Below are positions 18,560 through 28,373 of a DNA stretch of 64,000 bases, piece by piece. Within the stretch, counting starts at the first letter, position 1. Each line of letters opens with the position of its first letter. The notes under the pieces were generated by a model. The model was not told the origin of the DNA. It made no database searches and was given only the letters and a program-made list of their open reading frames with translations. This stretch comes from an uncultured Candidatus Saccharibacteria bacterium (lineage in GTDB: Bacteria > Patescibacteriota > Minisyncoccia > Phycocordibacterales > CSBR16-119), in assembly GCA_964581035.1 (NCBI GenBank), contig CAZOLO010000001.1, positions 7,190-71,189 on the forward strand, given 5' to 3'. Made by a program: the position numbers and the translations under genes.

Positions 18560-18685
18560 TTATAAGCCGAGTTCTTCCAAAAGACCTCTCCAGGTTCCGC
18601 CAAGTAGGGTAACTATTAAAAATGACGGCAGGTATATTGCTGATAGGAAAAGCAGGAGTATAGCCTTTAGAAATACAGTTATCAT
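18560..18685 (-). CDS. putative 41-aa small membrane protein
   Basis: MITVFLKAILLLFLSAIYLPSFLIVTLLGGTWRGLLEELGL fills an otherwise empty gap. Confidence 0.45.
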   Translation of the reverse strand: MITVFLKAILLLFLSAIYLPSFLIVTLLGGTWRGLLEELGL

Positions 18686-18750
18686 ATAAGCTATTTGTAC
18701 CAGGAAATATGGAGTAAAACAACTTATATTCTTCATGCTACAATTGTGGT

Positions 18751-19755
18751 ATGGATACAAATAAATTACAACAAACAATAGAAGCCATGATGGCTCCCGG
18801 AAAAGGTATTTTGGCCATTGATGAAAGCACTGGAACAGCCAACAAAAAAAGGCTTGAGCCACTTGGAATAGAGGGGACTGAAGAAAACAGGAGAAGATTT
18901 AGAGAGCTTTTTCTAACAGTAGAGGGGGTTGAGAATCATCTGTCAGGGACAATTCTGTATGATGAGACCATGAGGCAGTCAGATACAGAAGGGAGAAGCT
19001 TTTTGGATATTTTGAAGGAAAAAGGAATTGCAATTGGTATAAAGGTGGATTCTGGAGCTAAAGACAGGGAAGAATTTCCTGGAGAGCAGATTACGTCTGG
19101 ATTGGGTGATTTGTCAGAGCGGCTAGATGAGTATGTCTCTATGGGTGCTGTTTTCTGTAAATGGAGAGCTGTTGTAAAAATAGATGAAGAAGCCGGTCTT
19201 CCAACTGATGGATCGATAAGAGAAAATTCAAAAATCCTGGCTCGCTATGCAGAGATGTGTCAGCAGAAAGGGTTGGTTCCCATGGTAGAGCCTGAGGTTC
19301 TTCTTCAGGGGAAACATTCAATAGATAAATCAGCTGAAGCCCTGACTCAAACGTTGGGCATTCTTTTTGAAGAATTAAACGCTCGTGGCGTGTATTTACC
19401 TGGTGTTGTTCTTAAGACAAGTATGGTTGTGCCTGGAAGCGAATCAGGAGAAGAGATGATAGATAAAGAGGTGGCAGAAAAAACAGTTGATGTATTACTG
19501 GCAAATGCCCCTCATGACTTAGGTGGGGTAGTATTCTTGTCTGGTGGGCAGTCCCATGTGCAAGCTACAAAGAACCTGAATGAAATAGCAAAGAGAGAAC
19601 CTCTTCCATGGCCCATAGCTTTTTCATACGCAAGAGCAATTCAAGGTCCTGTTTTAGAAGTATGGCAAGGAAAAGATGAGAATAAAGATGCTGCAATAGT
19701 AAAATACATGGAGGTCTTGAAGGAAGAATCATTAGCAGATCAAGGGTTGTTATAA
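18751..19755 (+). CDS. class I fructose-bisphosphate aldolase
   Basis: GKGILAIDES, GIKVDSG, KWRAV, VPMVEPEVL, LKTSMV (Schiff-base Lys), VFLSGGQ, FSYARA. Confidence 0.93.
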   Translation: MDTNKLQQTIEAMMAPGKGILAIDESTGTANKKRLEPLGIEGTEENRRRFRELFLTVEGVENHLSGTILYDETMRQSDTEGRSFLDILKEKGIAIGIKVDSGAKDREEFPGEQITSGLGDLSERLDEYVSMGAVFCKWRAVVKIDEEAGLPTDGSIRENSKILARYAEMCQQKGLVPMVEPEVLLQGKHSIDKSAEALTQTLGILFEELNARGVYLPGVVLKTSMVVPGSESGEEMIDKEVAEKTVDVLLANAPHDLGGVVFLSGGQSHVQATKNLNEIAKREPLPWPIAFSYARAIQGPVLEVWQGKDENKDAAIVKYMEVLKEESLADQGLL

Positions 19756-19759
19756 AAAC

Positions 19760-20227
19760 ATGAAAAAAATATTCATAGTATCAATAATCGGAGGGATAGC
19801 TTTAAATCTTGCGGGATTTTTAACATTCGGACTTCTTGGTACAGGAATGGACTTCAATGGAATACTGACTGGTCCAGGGATGCAAAATCAAAAAATTGTA
19901 GCTGTTTGGCATCATATAGAGCCACTTCCACTTTCTATGACAGACCCAATGATTATTGGAGCTGGATACTTTGTTTTAGCTTTTGTCTTCACTCTTATAT
20001 ACGTACTTTATATAGCAGGTAAATTTAGTCAGAAAAGAAGAGTTTTAAGACTATTTTATCTAATACTTATCCCGTTTTTCTTTTGGGAATTCAATACACC
20101 TATAAACTTGATGGGGGAGCCATGGCTTCTTGTTCTTATAGATATAGCATTTTGGAGTATTATGGCATTTGCTGGTGCTTTGGGAATTATATTGTCTTAT
20201 GATCGTTTAAAAAGCGTCATTAAGTAA
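19760..20227 (+). CDS. membrane protein
   Basis: Four hydrophobic segments. Confidence 0.7.
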   Translation: MKKIFIVSIIGGIALNLAGFLTFGLLGTGMDFNGILTGPGMQNQKIVAVWHHIEPLPLSMTDPMIIGAGYFVLAFVFTLIYVLYIAGKFSQKRRVLRLFYLILIPFFFWEFNTPINLMGEPWLLVLIDIAFWSIMAFAGALGIILSYDRLKSVIK

Positions 20228-20277
20228 ATTTGTTATAATAGAAAACACTTACTAATAAGTTAATTTATTTACATACT

Positions 20278-20859
20278 ATGGATGATTTTTACGCAGAAAC
20301 TATTATAGGAAGCAAAATTGAAGAAGCTTCTTTTGAGATTTATCACGACGGAAAGATTAAAGATGTCTCTATTGAAGATTATAGAGGTAAATGGCTGATA
20401 CTATTTTTCTATCCAGCGAATTTTACTTTTGTTTGTCCTACAGAGCTTGAAGAGCTTGCTGGGCTATATGATGAATTCAAAAAGGAAGGCGCTGAAGTAA
20501 TATCTTTTTCTACTGACACCGCTTTTGCTCATAAGGCTTGGAAGGACAGCTCTCCTGCAATTGGAAAAGTAAAATTCCCGATGGGCTCTGATCCAACAGG
20601 GGAGATGGCAAAAATGCTTGGGGTATATTTGTACGATGAAGGGTTAGCTCTCAGAGGGACATTTATCTTAAATCCAGAAGGGGAAATAAAATCTATGGAA
20701 GTAAATGATAATTCAATTGGACGATCAGCAAAAGAGCTTCTTAGAAAGCTTCGAGCTGCGAAATTCGTCGCAGAGAACGATGGTTTGGTTTGCCCAGCAA
20801 GTTGGGAACCAGGAAATGATACACTGAAGCCAGGTGAAGACTTAATCGGTAAAATATAA
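20278..20859 (+). CDS. ahpC: 2-Cys peroxiredoxin AhpC
   Basis: FFYPANFTFVCPTE, ALRGTF, VCPASW. Confidence 0.92.
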   Translation: MDDFYAETIIGSKIEEASFEIYHDGKIKDVSIEDYRGKWLILFFYPANFTFVCPTELEELAGLYDEFKKEGAEVISFSTDTAFAHKAWKDSSPAIGKVKFPMGSDPTGEMAKMLGVYLYDEGLALRGTFILNPEGEIKSMEVNDNSIGRSAKELLRKLRAAKFVAENDGLVCPASWEPGNDTLKPGEDLIGKI

Positions 20860-20864
20860 TTTAT

Positions 20865-21545
20865 ATGACAACAGAGCAAAAACAAGCAGGTATATCTACA
20901 GGAACAGCAATTATTATTGCAGGGATCTTAATTGCAGGGGCTATATTTTTCGTAATGGGGGATAATGGCTCAGGTAATGTTGCAAGCAACCCAGGTCAAG
21001 GAGGTTCAATAATGACAAATGTTACTGAGGATGACCATATTTATGGTGACCCTAAAGCACCTATAACTATCATTGAATATTCTGATTATGAGTGTCCATT
21101 TTGTTCTAGATTCCATCCTACAGTGGAGGATATAGTAAAAACAAACCCAGATGTTAAATGGGTGTATCGACACTTCCCATTGGGGAATCATAGAAATGCT
21201 AGGCCAGCTGCTCTAGCTGCTGAATGTGTTGCTGAGCTTGGTGGAAATGATATGTTCTGGGAATTTAGCTCATATTTATTTGCTAACCAGACTAGTCTGG
21301 GTGATGAATTATATTTGAATTTTGTTAACGAAAAAGGTATAGATGAGCAATCGTATATTTCATGTTACGAAAGTGAAAAGTACGCAGCAAAAATTGATGA
21401 TGATCAATTAGAAGGTCAACTTTCAGGTGCGTCAGGAACTCCATTTTCTGTTGTTGTTTCAAAGGGTGGTCAAGCTACACCATTTTCTGGTGCTCTGCCA
21501 ATAGACACAGTTCAGACATTGGTAAATAAAGTTAGGGGGAACTAG
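20865..21545 (+). CDS. membrane-anchored DsbA-family thioredoxin-fold protein
   Basis: EYSDYECPFC, YRHFPL, GTP. Confidence 0.9.
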   Translation: MTTEQKQAGISTGTAIIIAGILIAGAIFFVMGDNGSGNVASNPGQGGSIMTNVTEDDHIYGDPKAPITIIEYSDYECPFCSRFHPTVEDIVKTNPDVKWVYRHFPLGNHRNARPAALAAECVAELGGNDMFWEFSSYLFANQTSLGDELYLNFVNEKGIDEQSYISCYESEKYAAKIDDDQLEGQLSGASGTPFSVVVSKGGQATPFSGALPIDTVQTLVNKVRGN

Positions 21546-21547
21546 TT

Positions 21548-22306
21548 ATGATTGAGGTAACCATAGGATTAGCAGTCTCAGCTTTTATAGCTGGGCTGTT
21601 TATGTTTCTTGCCCCATGTACGCTACCTCTTGTTCCAGCCTATCTTGGGTTTATTTCTGGAGTTTCTGCAAAGGACTTAGAAGAGAATAGAGAAGGTTCA
21701 AACAAAAAGATCTTTTGGAATGGATTTTTCTTTATACTAGGATTTTCAGTTGTCTTTATTTTATTTGGAGTTATTGCCGGGTTTGCTGGTAGGCAACTAG
21801 TTCAATATCAGGATATCCTAGTTAAGATTGGGGGAGTAATGGTTATATTTTTTGGACTCTTCATTCTTGGTGTTTTTAATTTACCTTTCCTTCAGGCTGA
21901 GAAAAAATTATCTTTGCCTAAGTTTATAAAACCTGGAAACCCAGCATCTTCCTTTATTGTGGGGGCGGCATTCTCAATAGGGTGGTCACCATGTGTTGGT
22001 CCAATCTTAGGGTCCATTCTTCTCTTGGCTGGGACTCAAGGTACTGTTCTGTCTGGGGCTATTCTTCTCGCCATATTCTCGCTAGGTATGGGTCTTCCAT
22101 TTCTTTTGGTGGCTCTTGGTGTGTCAAAAGCTACAAAATATATTCAAAAAATAGAACCCGTAATGAAATGGGTGACAATAGTTGGCGGGGTATTCTTAAT
22201 ATTTCTTGGTGTATTACTCCTTACAAATAATTTAAGTCTACTTCTCGAGTGGGGTTACGGCATTGTGGGGGATGGATTCTACAATAAATTTCTTAATTTT
22301 TTGTAG
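21548..22306 (+). CDS. ccdA: CcdA/DsbD-family thiol-disulfide membrane transporter
   Basis: FLAPCTLPLVP and WSPCVGPIL motifs, about 6 TM. Confidence 0.88.
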   Translation: MIEVTIGLAVSAFIAGLFMFLAPCTLPLVPAYLGFISGVSAKDLEENREGSNKKIFWNGFFFILGFSVVFILFGVIAGFAGRQLVQYQDILVKIGGVMVIFFGLFILGVFNLPFLQAEKKLSLPKFIKPGNPASSFIVGAAFSIGWSPCVGPILGSILLLAGTQGTVLSGAILLAIFSLGMGLPFLLVALGVSKATKYIQKIEPVMKWVTIVGGVFLIFLGVLLLTNNLSLLLEWGYGIVGDGFYNKFLNFL

Positions 22307-22368
22307 TTTTCCTCTGTAATATAAAAAAGCCACCAAAATGAGGTGGCTTTCTAATTAACAAAGAGGCT

Positions 22369-23151
22369 CTAAAAACCAAATAATGTTATATACAATAGAA
22401 CAAATAACGATGTGACGCTGTACAATACCGAAATAGAAGAGTAGAATCTAGTTTTTCTCTTACCTTTGATTTTTTTTAGTATTTTGCCACAAACAAGTTG
22501 TCCACCATCAAGCTGCTTTATTGGCATAGCATTGAAAAAACCAAGCACTATACTTGAGTAAGCTGAGAATGTAAAAAATGATTCCCATGTAAGTGGCGCA
22601 TTTGTCATTTTGTCTAGCATCAATTTACAAATATTTGAACCTTCAAAAGGATCGAATATAAATATCATTAAACCAGAGAAAAGAATAGTCGTGCCAATTA
22701 AAACATAAACACTAGACATTAATGGTTTTTTAGAAAAAATACCAAGAAAGAATGATGTAAGCATAGCCGACACAGTAAGTACATCGATGTTCCCATGGCT
22801 AATGTATCCAGTCAGGATCCCCAAAAAAAGCAGCAAGCTTCCTAAGAGAAGATTCATAGCTATACCATTTGCTGAAACATACTCACAAGCTGAAGGGTTC
22901 TTCGATGTTAGTCGTAGATAGCTAATGTTTGACGGCCTTACAAAAGCGGCCAAAGGCAATAGTCGTATGTTTAGAGGTGTGTCACCAAAAACTTTGGTTA
23001 GTTTAAAAGAAAAAATTATCTTCCCAATACCAAGCAGGGTAATTTCCTTTATGTCTACACCAGACTTTTTAAGTGCGATAGCGTGACCGAGCTCATGAAG
23101 TGGAACAGAAAATAGGATGGTTACAAGTAATGTAAGGAACAAGAGTGTCAT
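22369..23151 (-). CDS. site-2 protease (M50) family membrane metalloprotease
   Basis: HELGH and NAMPIKQLDGG motifs. Confidence 0.85.
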   Translation of the reverse strand: MTLLFLTLLVTILFSVPLHELGHAIALKKSGVDIKEITLLGIGKIIFSFKLTKVFGDTPLNIRLLPLAAFVRPSNISYLRLTSKNPSACEYVSANGIAMNLLLGSLLLFLGILTGYISHGNIDVLTVSAMLTSFFLGIFSKKPLMSSVYVLIGTTILFSGLMIFIFDPFEGSNICKLMLDKMTNAPLTWESFFTFSAYSSIVLGFFNAMPIKQLDGGQLVCGKILKKIKGKRKTRFYSSISVLYSVTSLFVLLYITLFGF

Positions 23152-23402
23152 GATTTAATATTTTAAAGTTTGATTTATATTAACATAATAATTATAGATT
23201 GTCAATGATATAATATAAAACTCATAATCTGTAATATTAAGAGTTTTGTATATAATAATAGTTTTTTAAAATTGGTTTAAAAGTCTATTGACAATAAAGC
23301 CCATTCTGATACAATCTTTCGCATTGTTCTTGTTTTTCAAGGACCGTGGTACACCCCCCGTGAACGGTGTTAGTACATTTTATAAACGCAAAAAACAAAA
23401 GC

Positions 23403-24347
23403 GTGAAAAAAACATTTTTAGTAGTAGTTGGTACAAACAAGGCGATAGCCCCAGGTATCATAATGGCAATTACCGGCATTCTGGCCGCTAATGGTGAAAA
23501 CAAGTGTATCGTTTTCGATTCAATTGATCGAACAAACACGGTTCCAGATTTAGGAAAATCACATGAGTATGTGACAATCGATCTGCCTACAGCGCTGACG
23601 AATGAGGATATAACATTTAAGGATTTGGTTCCTTATGTGTGGACTAATTACATGAGTCGAACTCAGACATCTGGTTTGGTCGAGATGATCTTAAACCAGA
23701 CTCAGAGGGTTATGGACATTCTCCCGATTGGCTGGACAGAAGAATCTTTCAAGAAGACAGCTGAATTGCTACCTTGGTTGAAGGATGTATCGATTGACTT
23801 TGTTACATTTGTTGATGGAGTACTTTTCACTGAAAAGGCTCAGATTAACACAACAAAAGCAGTTGTTTCTGCTAAGGTTAAGTTCGAGATGACTCGGACA
23901 GAATCGTTTGGTGGAAGCTTTGCTCACGTAGGAGAGGGGGAAGTTCCTTTCTCTGCGATTGTCTCGCCTTACGATAAGGCTAAGACTCCATGGGTTCTGA
24001 TTGTGGGTAATCAAAAGTGTAACAGCCTTTCTACGACTCTTTCGTCAATTAAGAATGTTTTCTCTGGAAATAAAAAGACAGAGAATCTTTTCTTAGCCAA
24101 GGTTGGCCAAAACCAATATCAGCTGGTGTCGGTTATGCCGGCCAAGGTGAACAAAAAAATGGAGGTTGAGGTTCCTTCCGTGATTGGTTTCATTACCGAT
24201 CGAACTGATAAGCAGTTAGTTCCTTACGAAATGTCTGGAAACACTGTTGTCTTCAAGGGGGATCTTGGTGCCATTCTTGGTAACATCACCAATTTGTTGA
24301 ATCAGTTTACCACGGTGACTGAGAAGAGCGGAGCTACTACCGCTTAA
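23403..24347 (+). CDS. hypothetical protein
   Basis: Long ORF with TTGACA-N16-TACAAT promoter (23288-23315) and terminator 24368-24398; probable GTG start 23403. Confidence 0.7.
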   Translation: MKKTFLVVVGTNKAIAPGIIMAITGILAANGENKCIVFDSIDRTNTVPDLGKSHEYVTIDLPTALTNEDITFKDLVPYVWTNYMSRTQTSGLVEMILNQTQRVMDILPIGWTEESFKKTAELLPWLKDVSIDFVTFVDGVLFTEKAQINTTKAVVSAKVKFEMTRTESFGGSFAHVGEGEVPFSAIVSPYDKAKTPWVLIVGNQKCNSLSTTLSSIKNVFSGNKKTENLFLAKVGQNQYQLVSVMPAKVNKKMEVEVPSVIGFITDRTDKQLVPYEMSGNTVVFKGDLGAILGNITNLLNQFTTVTEKSGATTA

Positions 24348-24471
24348 CAAACGCTGAGTTTATTTTGAGCCCGTCTGCAATTTGCAGACGGGCTTTTTCT
24401 TTGGGTCATATAAAAAAGGCCATCCGATTGGATGACCTTCGTTTCTCTATATATTTTGGGCCGGAGCCATA

Positions 24472-24717
24472 CTAAGTGTGTGGGCGCTCTTTGTCCATTC
24501 TTGCCCAGTTACCCTTGAGTAGCGAGGGTCTCTTTTCAAAATAAGATTTCTGAGGAATCCTATTTTTGATAAGTATGACCGAGGCCTCTATCGGGTTCAA
24601 TATGCCAGATTGAGTATTTAGACTATGATCTGGGTAATTTTGAATAAAAGATTTTTCTGAGCTGCTATATGTTGAGCCCATAATTAATGTAAAGATAATT
24701 ACATTTATGATCTCCAT
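24472..24717 (-). CDS. putative small exported hypothetical protein
   Basis: 81-aa ORF with hydrophobic N-terminus, followed by hairpin 24416-24439. Confidence 0.4.
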   Translation of the reverse strand: MEIINVIIFTLIMGSTYSSSEKSFIQNYPDHSLNTQSGILNPIEASVILIKNRIPQKSYFEKRPSLLKGNWARMDKERPHT

Positions 24718-24816
24718 ATGGCTATGTTCGATTTCGTTACAGACTAACGCAGCTGCCACTTATTGTCAAATACAGTCTATGTTTTAGATGGTTTGGTTGT
24801 CTGCTATAATAGTCTT

Positions 24817-25638
24817 ATGCTTATTACCAAATCAACAGGAGGTGAAGAGAAATTTAGCAAGGATAAGCTTTGCAATTCTTTTGTTGCTGCTGGAGCCCCA
24901 ATAGATCTTGCAAAAAATGTTTGCAATCTTGTCCAGAAGGACATTAAGCCATCTTTAAACACAAATCGTATTTATAGAATGGCGCTATCTCATTTAATGA
25001 AAGAAGATATAGATATTGCCGTGAGATACTCTCTTCGTAGAGGGCTAGAGAGACTTGGACCTGCTGGATTTCTCTTTGAGCAATACATAGAAGCTTTGTT
25101 TCAGGCTCATGGATACAAAACAAAAAGAAACCAAATAGTTCAAGGGGCTTGCGTGGATCATGAAATAGACGTAATGCTTGAAACAAAAAACAAAACCATT
25201 TTGATAGAAGTTAAATATAGAAATGAATCAAAAATAAAAACCCACCTAGATGTTGTAATGTATGCTGACGCAAGAAGGATGGATATCCAAGAGTATCAAA
25301 AGAAGCAGGGTAAACAATATGACATGTGGCTTATAACCAACACTCAATTTACTGACAAGTCTATCCAATACGGATCCTGTAAAAACCAAATGAAGTTAAT
25401 AGGTTGGGATTACCCAAATGGTAGGAGTTTAGAGGATATGATTATTGAGAAAAAAGTTTTCCCTGTTACGGTTCTGCCTTATATTACAAATCATCTATTG
25501 GATCAGTTTGCTCAAGCAGAGATAATTTTAATCAGTGATCTTATTCCATATTCTGAGAATGATTTAATCAAAAAATTTGGGATGACAGATAGTCGGGCTA
25601 AGTCTATAATGAAACGTGTTAAGGAGATTACCAATTAA
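24817..25638 (+). CDS. ATP-cone plus Mrr-like PD-(D/E)xK endonuclease-domain protein
   Basis: ITKSTGGEEKFSKDKL ATP-cone-like start; GPAGFLFE, HEIDV, IEVKY, LITNTQFT, LIGWDYP. Confidence 0.85.
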   Translation: MLITKSTGGEEKFSKDKLCNSFVAAGAPIDLAKNVCNLVQKDIKPSLNTNRIYRMALSHLMKEDIDIAVRYSLRRGLERLGPAGFLFEQYIEALFQAHGYKTKRNQIVQGACVDHEIDVMLETKNKTILIEVKYRNESKIKTHLDVVMYADARRMDIQEYQKKQGKQYDMWLITNTQFTDKSIQYGSCKNQMKLIGWDYPNGRSLEDMIIEKKVFPVTVLPYITNHLLDQFAQAEIILISDLIPYSENDLIKKFGMTDSRAKSIMKRVKEITN

Positions 25639-25656
25639 TAGTTTAAATATATAAAT

Positions 25657-26142
25657 ATGAAAAAAACAGGTGTTATAATATCATTTTTAATAGTAATAGG
25701 TCTTGTGGTTATGGCTGTATTCTCACCAGCAAAAGATAATGTTGGGGTAGATAGCAATAATGCAGAAGATAATATAAATACAATGGATCAAGAAAATACA
25801 AATACAGCAAATGAGGAAAGCGGGCTTATAGTTGAGGTTTTACAAGAAGGGAATGGTCAAGAGGCTAAAAATGGAGACGTTGTTTCTGTTCATTACACTG
25901 GAACACTTTTAGATGGAACAAAATTTGATTCATCAGTAGACAGAGGGACACCTTTTGATTTCAATCTAGGTGCTGGTCAAGTGATTGCTGGTTGGGATCA
26001 AGGAGTTCTAGGGATGAAAATTGGAGAAAAAAGAAAATTGATAATCCCAGCTGATCTTGCTTATGGTGACAGAGGTGCCGGAGGGCTAATTCCACCAGGG
26101 GCTACACTTGTCTTCGAAGTTGAGCTTTTGGCCATTAAATAA
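25657..26142 (+). CDS. FKBP-type peptidyl-prolyl isomerase, membrane-anchored
   Basis: [36 protein letters not shown]. Confidence 0.95.
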   Translation: MKKTGVIISFLIVIGLVVMAVFSPAKDNVGVDSNNAEDNINTMDQENTNTANEESGLIVEVLQEGNGQEAKNGDVVSVHYTGTLLDGTKFDSSVDRGTPFDFNLGAGQVIAGWDQGVLGMKIGEKRKLIIPADLAYGDRGAGGLIPPGATLVFEVELLAIK

Positions 26143-26144
26143 TT

Positions 26145-27650
26145 ATGTTTCAAAAATCTTGGGATTTTATTAAAAGAAAAAAATGGTGGGTTATTGTCAC
26201 TGTTGTGATTTTGATAGTTGTTTTATTGGCAAGCGGGAAAAAGAAAGAAGAGTATCTATTTGAAACTGTTGCTATTGGGGATGTTGAGGAGACAATTCTA
26301 GCAACAGGACAGGTTGTTTCAGATACTGATTTGACTCTGTCTTTTTCTCAAAGCGGAATAGTTAGTTCAATACCCGTAAAGTTGGGTCAAAAAATCTACA
26401 AAGGCCAAATCCTTGCATCTCTTCAAAACAGATCAGCCTTAGCTAATCTTACTCAAGCAGAAGCCGCGCGGGACAGGGCAGAGGCTGCATATCAGCAGCT
26501 TTTAGATGGATCAACTAGTGAAGCCATAGAAGTTGCCAGAGTTGCTGTTAGAAATGCAGAAATAGACTATGCACAATCAAAGATACAGCAAGATAGACTA
26601 GTTGAAAACTACAAAAGGACACTTCTTTCTGGAGGACTTGAGGCTGTTCCAGAGGGCTCTAGCTCAGAAACAGCTCCAACTATATCTGGTACCTACAACG
26701 GTGAAGAAGAAGGTGTATATCGAATTAGGATGTATTCTTCAGGGTCTGGTAATAGATTTTCAATCAATGGTTTAGAGGTGGGTGATGGGTCTGTTGACAC
26801 TTCAAAACCTGTGGCGATTGGTACCAAAGGTTTGTTTATTCAGTTTTCATCAAGTAATGCATTAAACACAACCTGGGTTGTTGAAATACCAAACAAAAAA
26901 AGTTCTTCATATGTAACAAACCTAAATGCATATGAAGCAGCCCTTGAAACTAGAGATATTTCCCTAACTGTGAAGCAGTCAGTCATAGACACAGCTCGGG
27001 CAAATTTAAACAATTTGCTGGCAGATGCTACAAACTCTGAAGTTCTTCTAGCTAAATCTGACATTTTGTCTGCTCAAGGTAGAGTAGATGCTGCTTTGGC
27101 TGCAGTAGAAGACACCAGAATTAGGGCTCCTAAATCAGGTACGATTACAAGAATAGACGCAAACCCAGGAGAACTTATACAAGCTTATTCAAATGCTATT
27201 GTTCTTCAGGATGTAGATCAGCTATTGCTTGAGGCAAATATAAACGAAGCAAATATAAATAAGGTAAAACCAGGGATGCCTGTTGAGATTACATTTGACG
27301 CACTTTCTTTTGACGAGGTGTTTATGGCAGAGGTTACAAGCATAGACATTTCTTCGACTTTGGTTTCAGGTGTTGTAAATTACCGAATCAAGGCATCTTT
27401 AGTTGATGATCTGCCAAATCTTAGACCTGGTATGACAGCCAACATGACTCTTATTGTTGATAAGAAAGAAGGGGTGTTAAGTATTCCTGGAAGAGCTGTG
27501 ATAGAGAAAGACGATAAAACATATGTTTTAAAGAAAAATGGTAATGACGTAGAGGAGATAGAAATATCTGTCGGATTTAAAGGGGGTGGATCACTATTTG
27601 AAGTTATAGAAGGTTTGGCTGTTGAAGATGAAATTGTAATAAACCCTTAA
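26145..27650 (+). CDS. MacA-like membrane fusion (adaptor) protein
   Basis: N-terminal TM, lipoyl halves, long helical hairpin with beta insert, IRAPKSG, LRPGMTA. Confidence 0.88.
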   Translation: MFQKSWDFIKRKKWWVIVTVVILIVVLLASGKKKEEYLFETVAIGDVEETILATGQVVSDTDLTLSFSQSGIVSSIPVKLGQKIYKGQILASLQNRSALANLTQAEAARDRAEAAYQQLLDGSTSEAIEVARVAVRNAEIDYAQSKIQQDRLVENYKRTLLSGGLEAVPEGSSSETAPTISGTYNGEEEGVYRIRMYSSGSGNRFSINGLEVGDGSVDTSKPVAIGTKGLFIQFSSSNALNTTWVVEIPNKKSSSYVTNLNAYEAALETRDISLTVKQSVIDTARANLNNLLADATNSEVLLAKSDILSAQGRVDAALAAVEDTRIRAPKSGTITRIDANPGELIQAYSNAIVLQDVDQLLLEANINEANINKVKPGMPVEITFDALSFDEVFMAEVTSIDISSTLVSGVVNYRIKASLVDDLPNLRPGMTANMTLIVDKKEGVLSIPGRAVIEKDDKTYVLKKNGNDVEEIEISVGFKGGGSLFEVIEGLAVEDEIVINP

Positions 27651-27657
27651 CTAAATT

Positions 27658-28371
27658 ATGGCTCTTATTGAGATAAAAAAACTATCTAAAGAATATGTAA
27701 ATGACACCGTGGTAACTCCGGTGTTGTTTGATGTTGATCTTAAAATAGAGAAGGGGGAGTTTGTCGCAATTATGGGGCCATCTGGTTCTGGAAAATCAAC
27801 ATTAATGCATATTCTTGGATTTCTGGATCGAGGCTCAAGAGGTGAATTTCTTTTTGAAGGTAAAGACACTAGTGATTTAAATGATGACGCACTTGCAGAA
27901 ATTAGAAATGAGAAAGTTGGGTTCGTATTTCAAGCCTTTAATCTTCTACCCAGAACAACAGTTCTTGATAACGTTGTTCTTCCTCTTTTGTACAGTAGTA
28001 GACCTAGGGATACACATGAAAAAATGGGGCTAGATGCATTAGCTGCTGTTGATCTAACTGAAAGAGTTTCTTTCTACACCAATCAAATATCTGGTGGGCA
28101 AAAACAGAGGGTCGCCATAGCTCGGGCTTTGGTAAATGATCCAGACGTAATTTTTGCTGATGAGCCCACAGGTAATCTGGACTCAAAATCCGGAGAGGCT
28201 GTTATGGAAATACTTAGAAAACTAAATGAAAAGGGAAGAACTATTATTTTGGTAACTCATGAGCAAGAGACAGCTGAGTATGCCGATAGGATAATTACTA
28301 TTCGTGATGGAAAAATCACTAGCGATGAAAAGGCGGATGGTAAAAAATTAGAATACGGTAAGAAAAAATAA
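27658..28371 (+). CDS. MacB/LolD-like ABC ATP-binding protein
   Basis: [33 protein letters not shown]. Confidence 0.95.
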   Translation: MALIEIKKLSKEYVNDTVVTPVLFDVDLKIEKGEFVAIMGPSGSGKSTLMHILGFLDRGSRGEFLFEGKDTSDLNDDALAEIRNEKVGFVFQAFNLLPRTTVLDNVVLPLLYSSRPRDTHEKMGLDALAAVDLTERVSFYTNQISGGQKQRVAIARALVNDPDVIFADEPTGNLDSKSGEAVMEILRKLNEKGRTIILVTHEQETAEYADRIITIRDGKITSDEKADGKKLEYGKKK

Positions 28372-28373
28372 TC

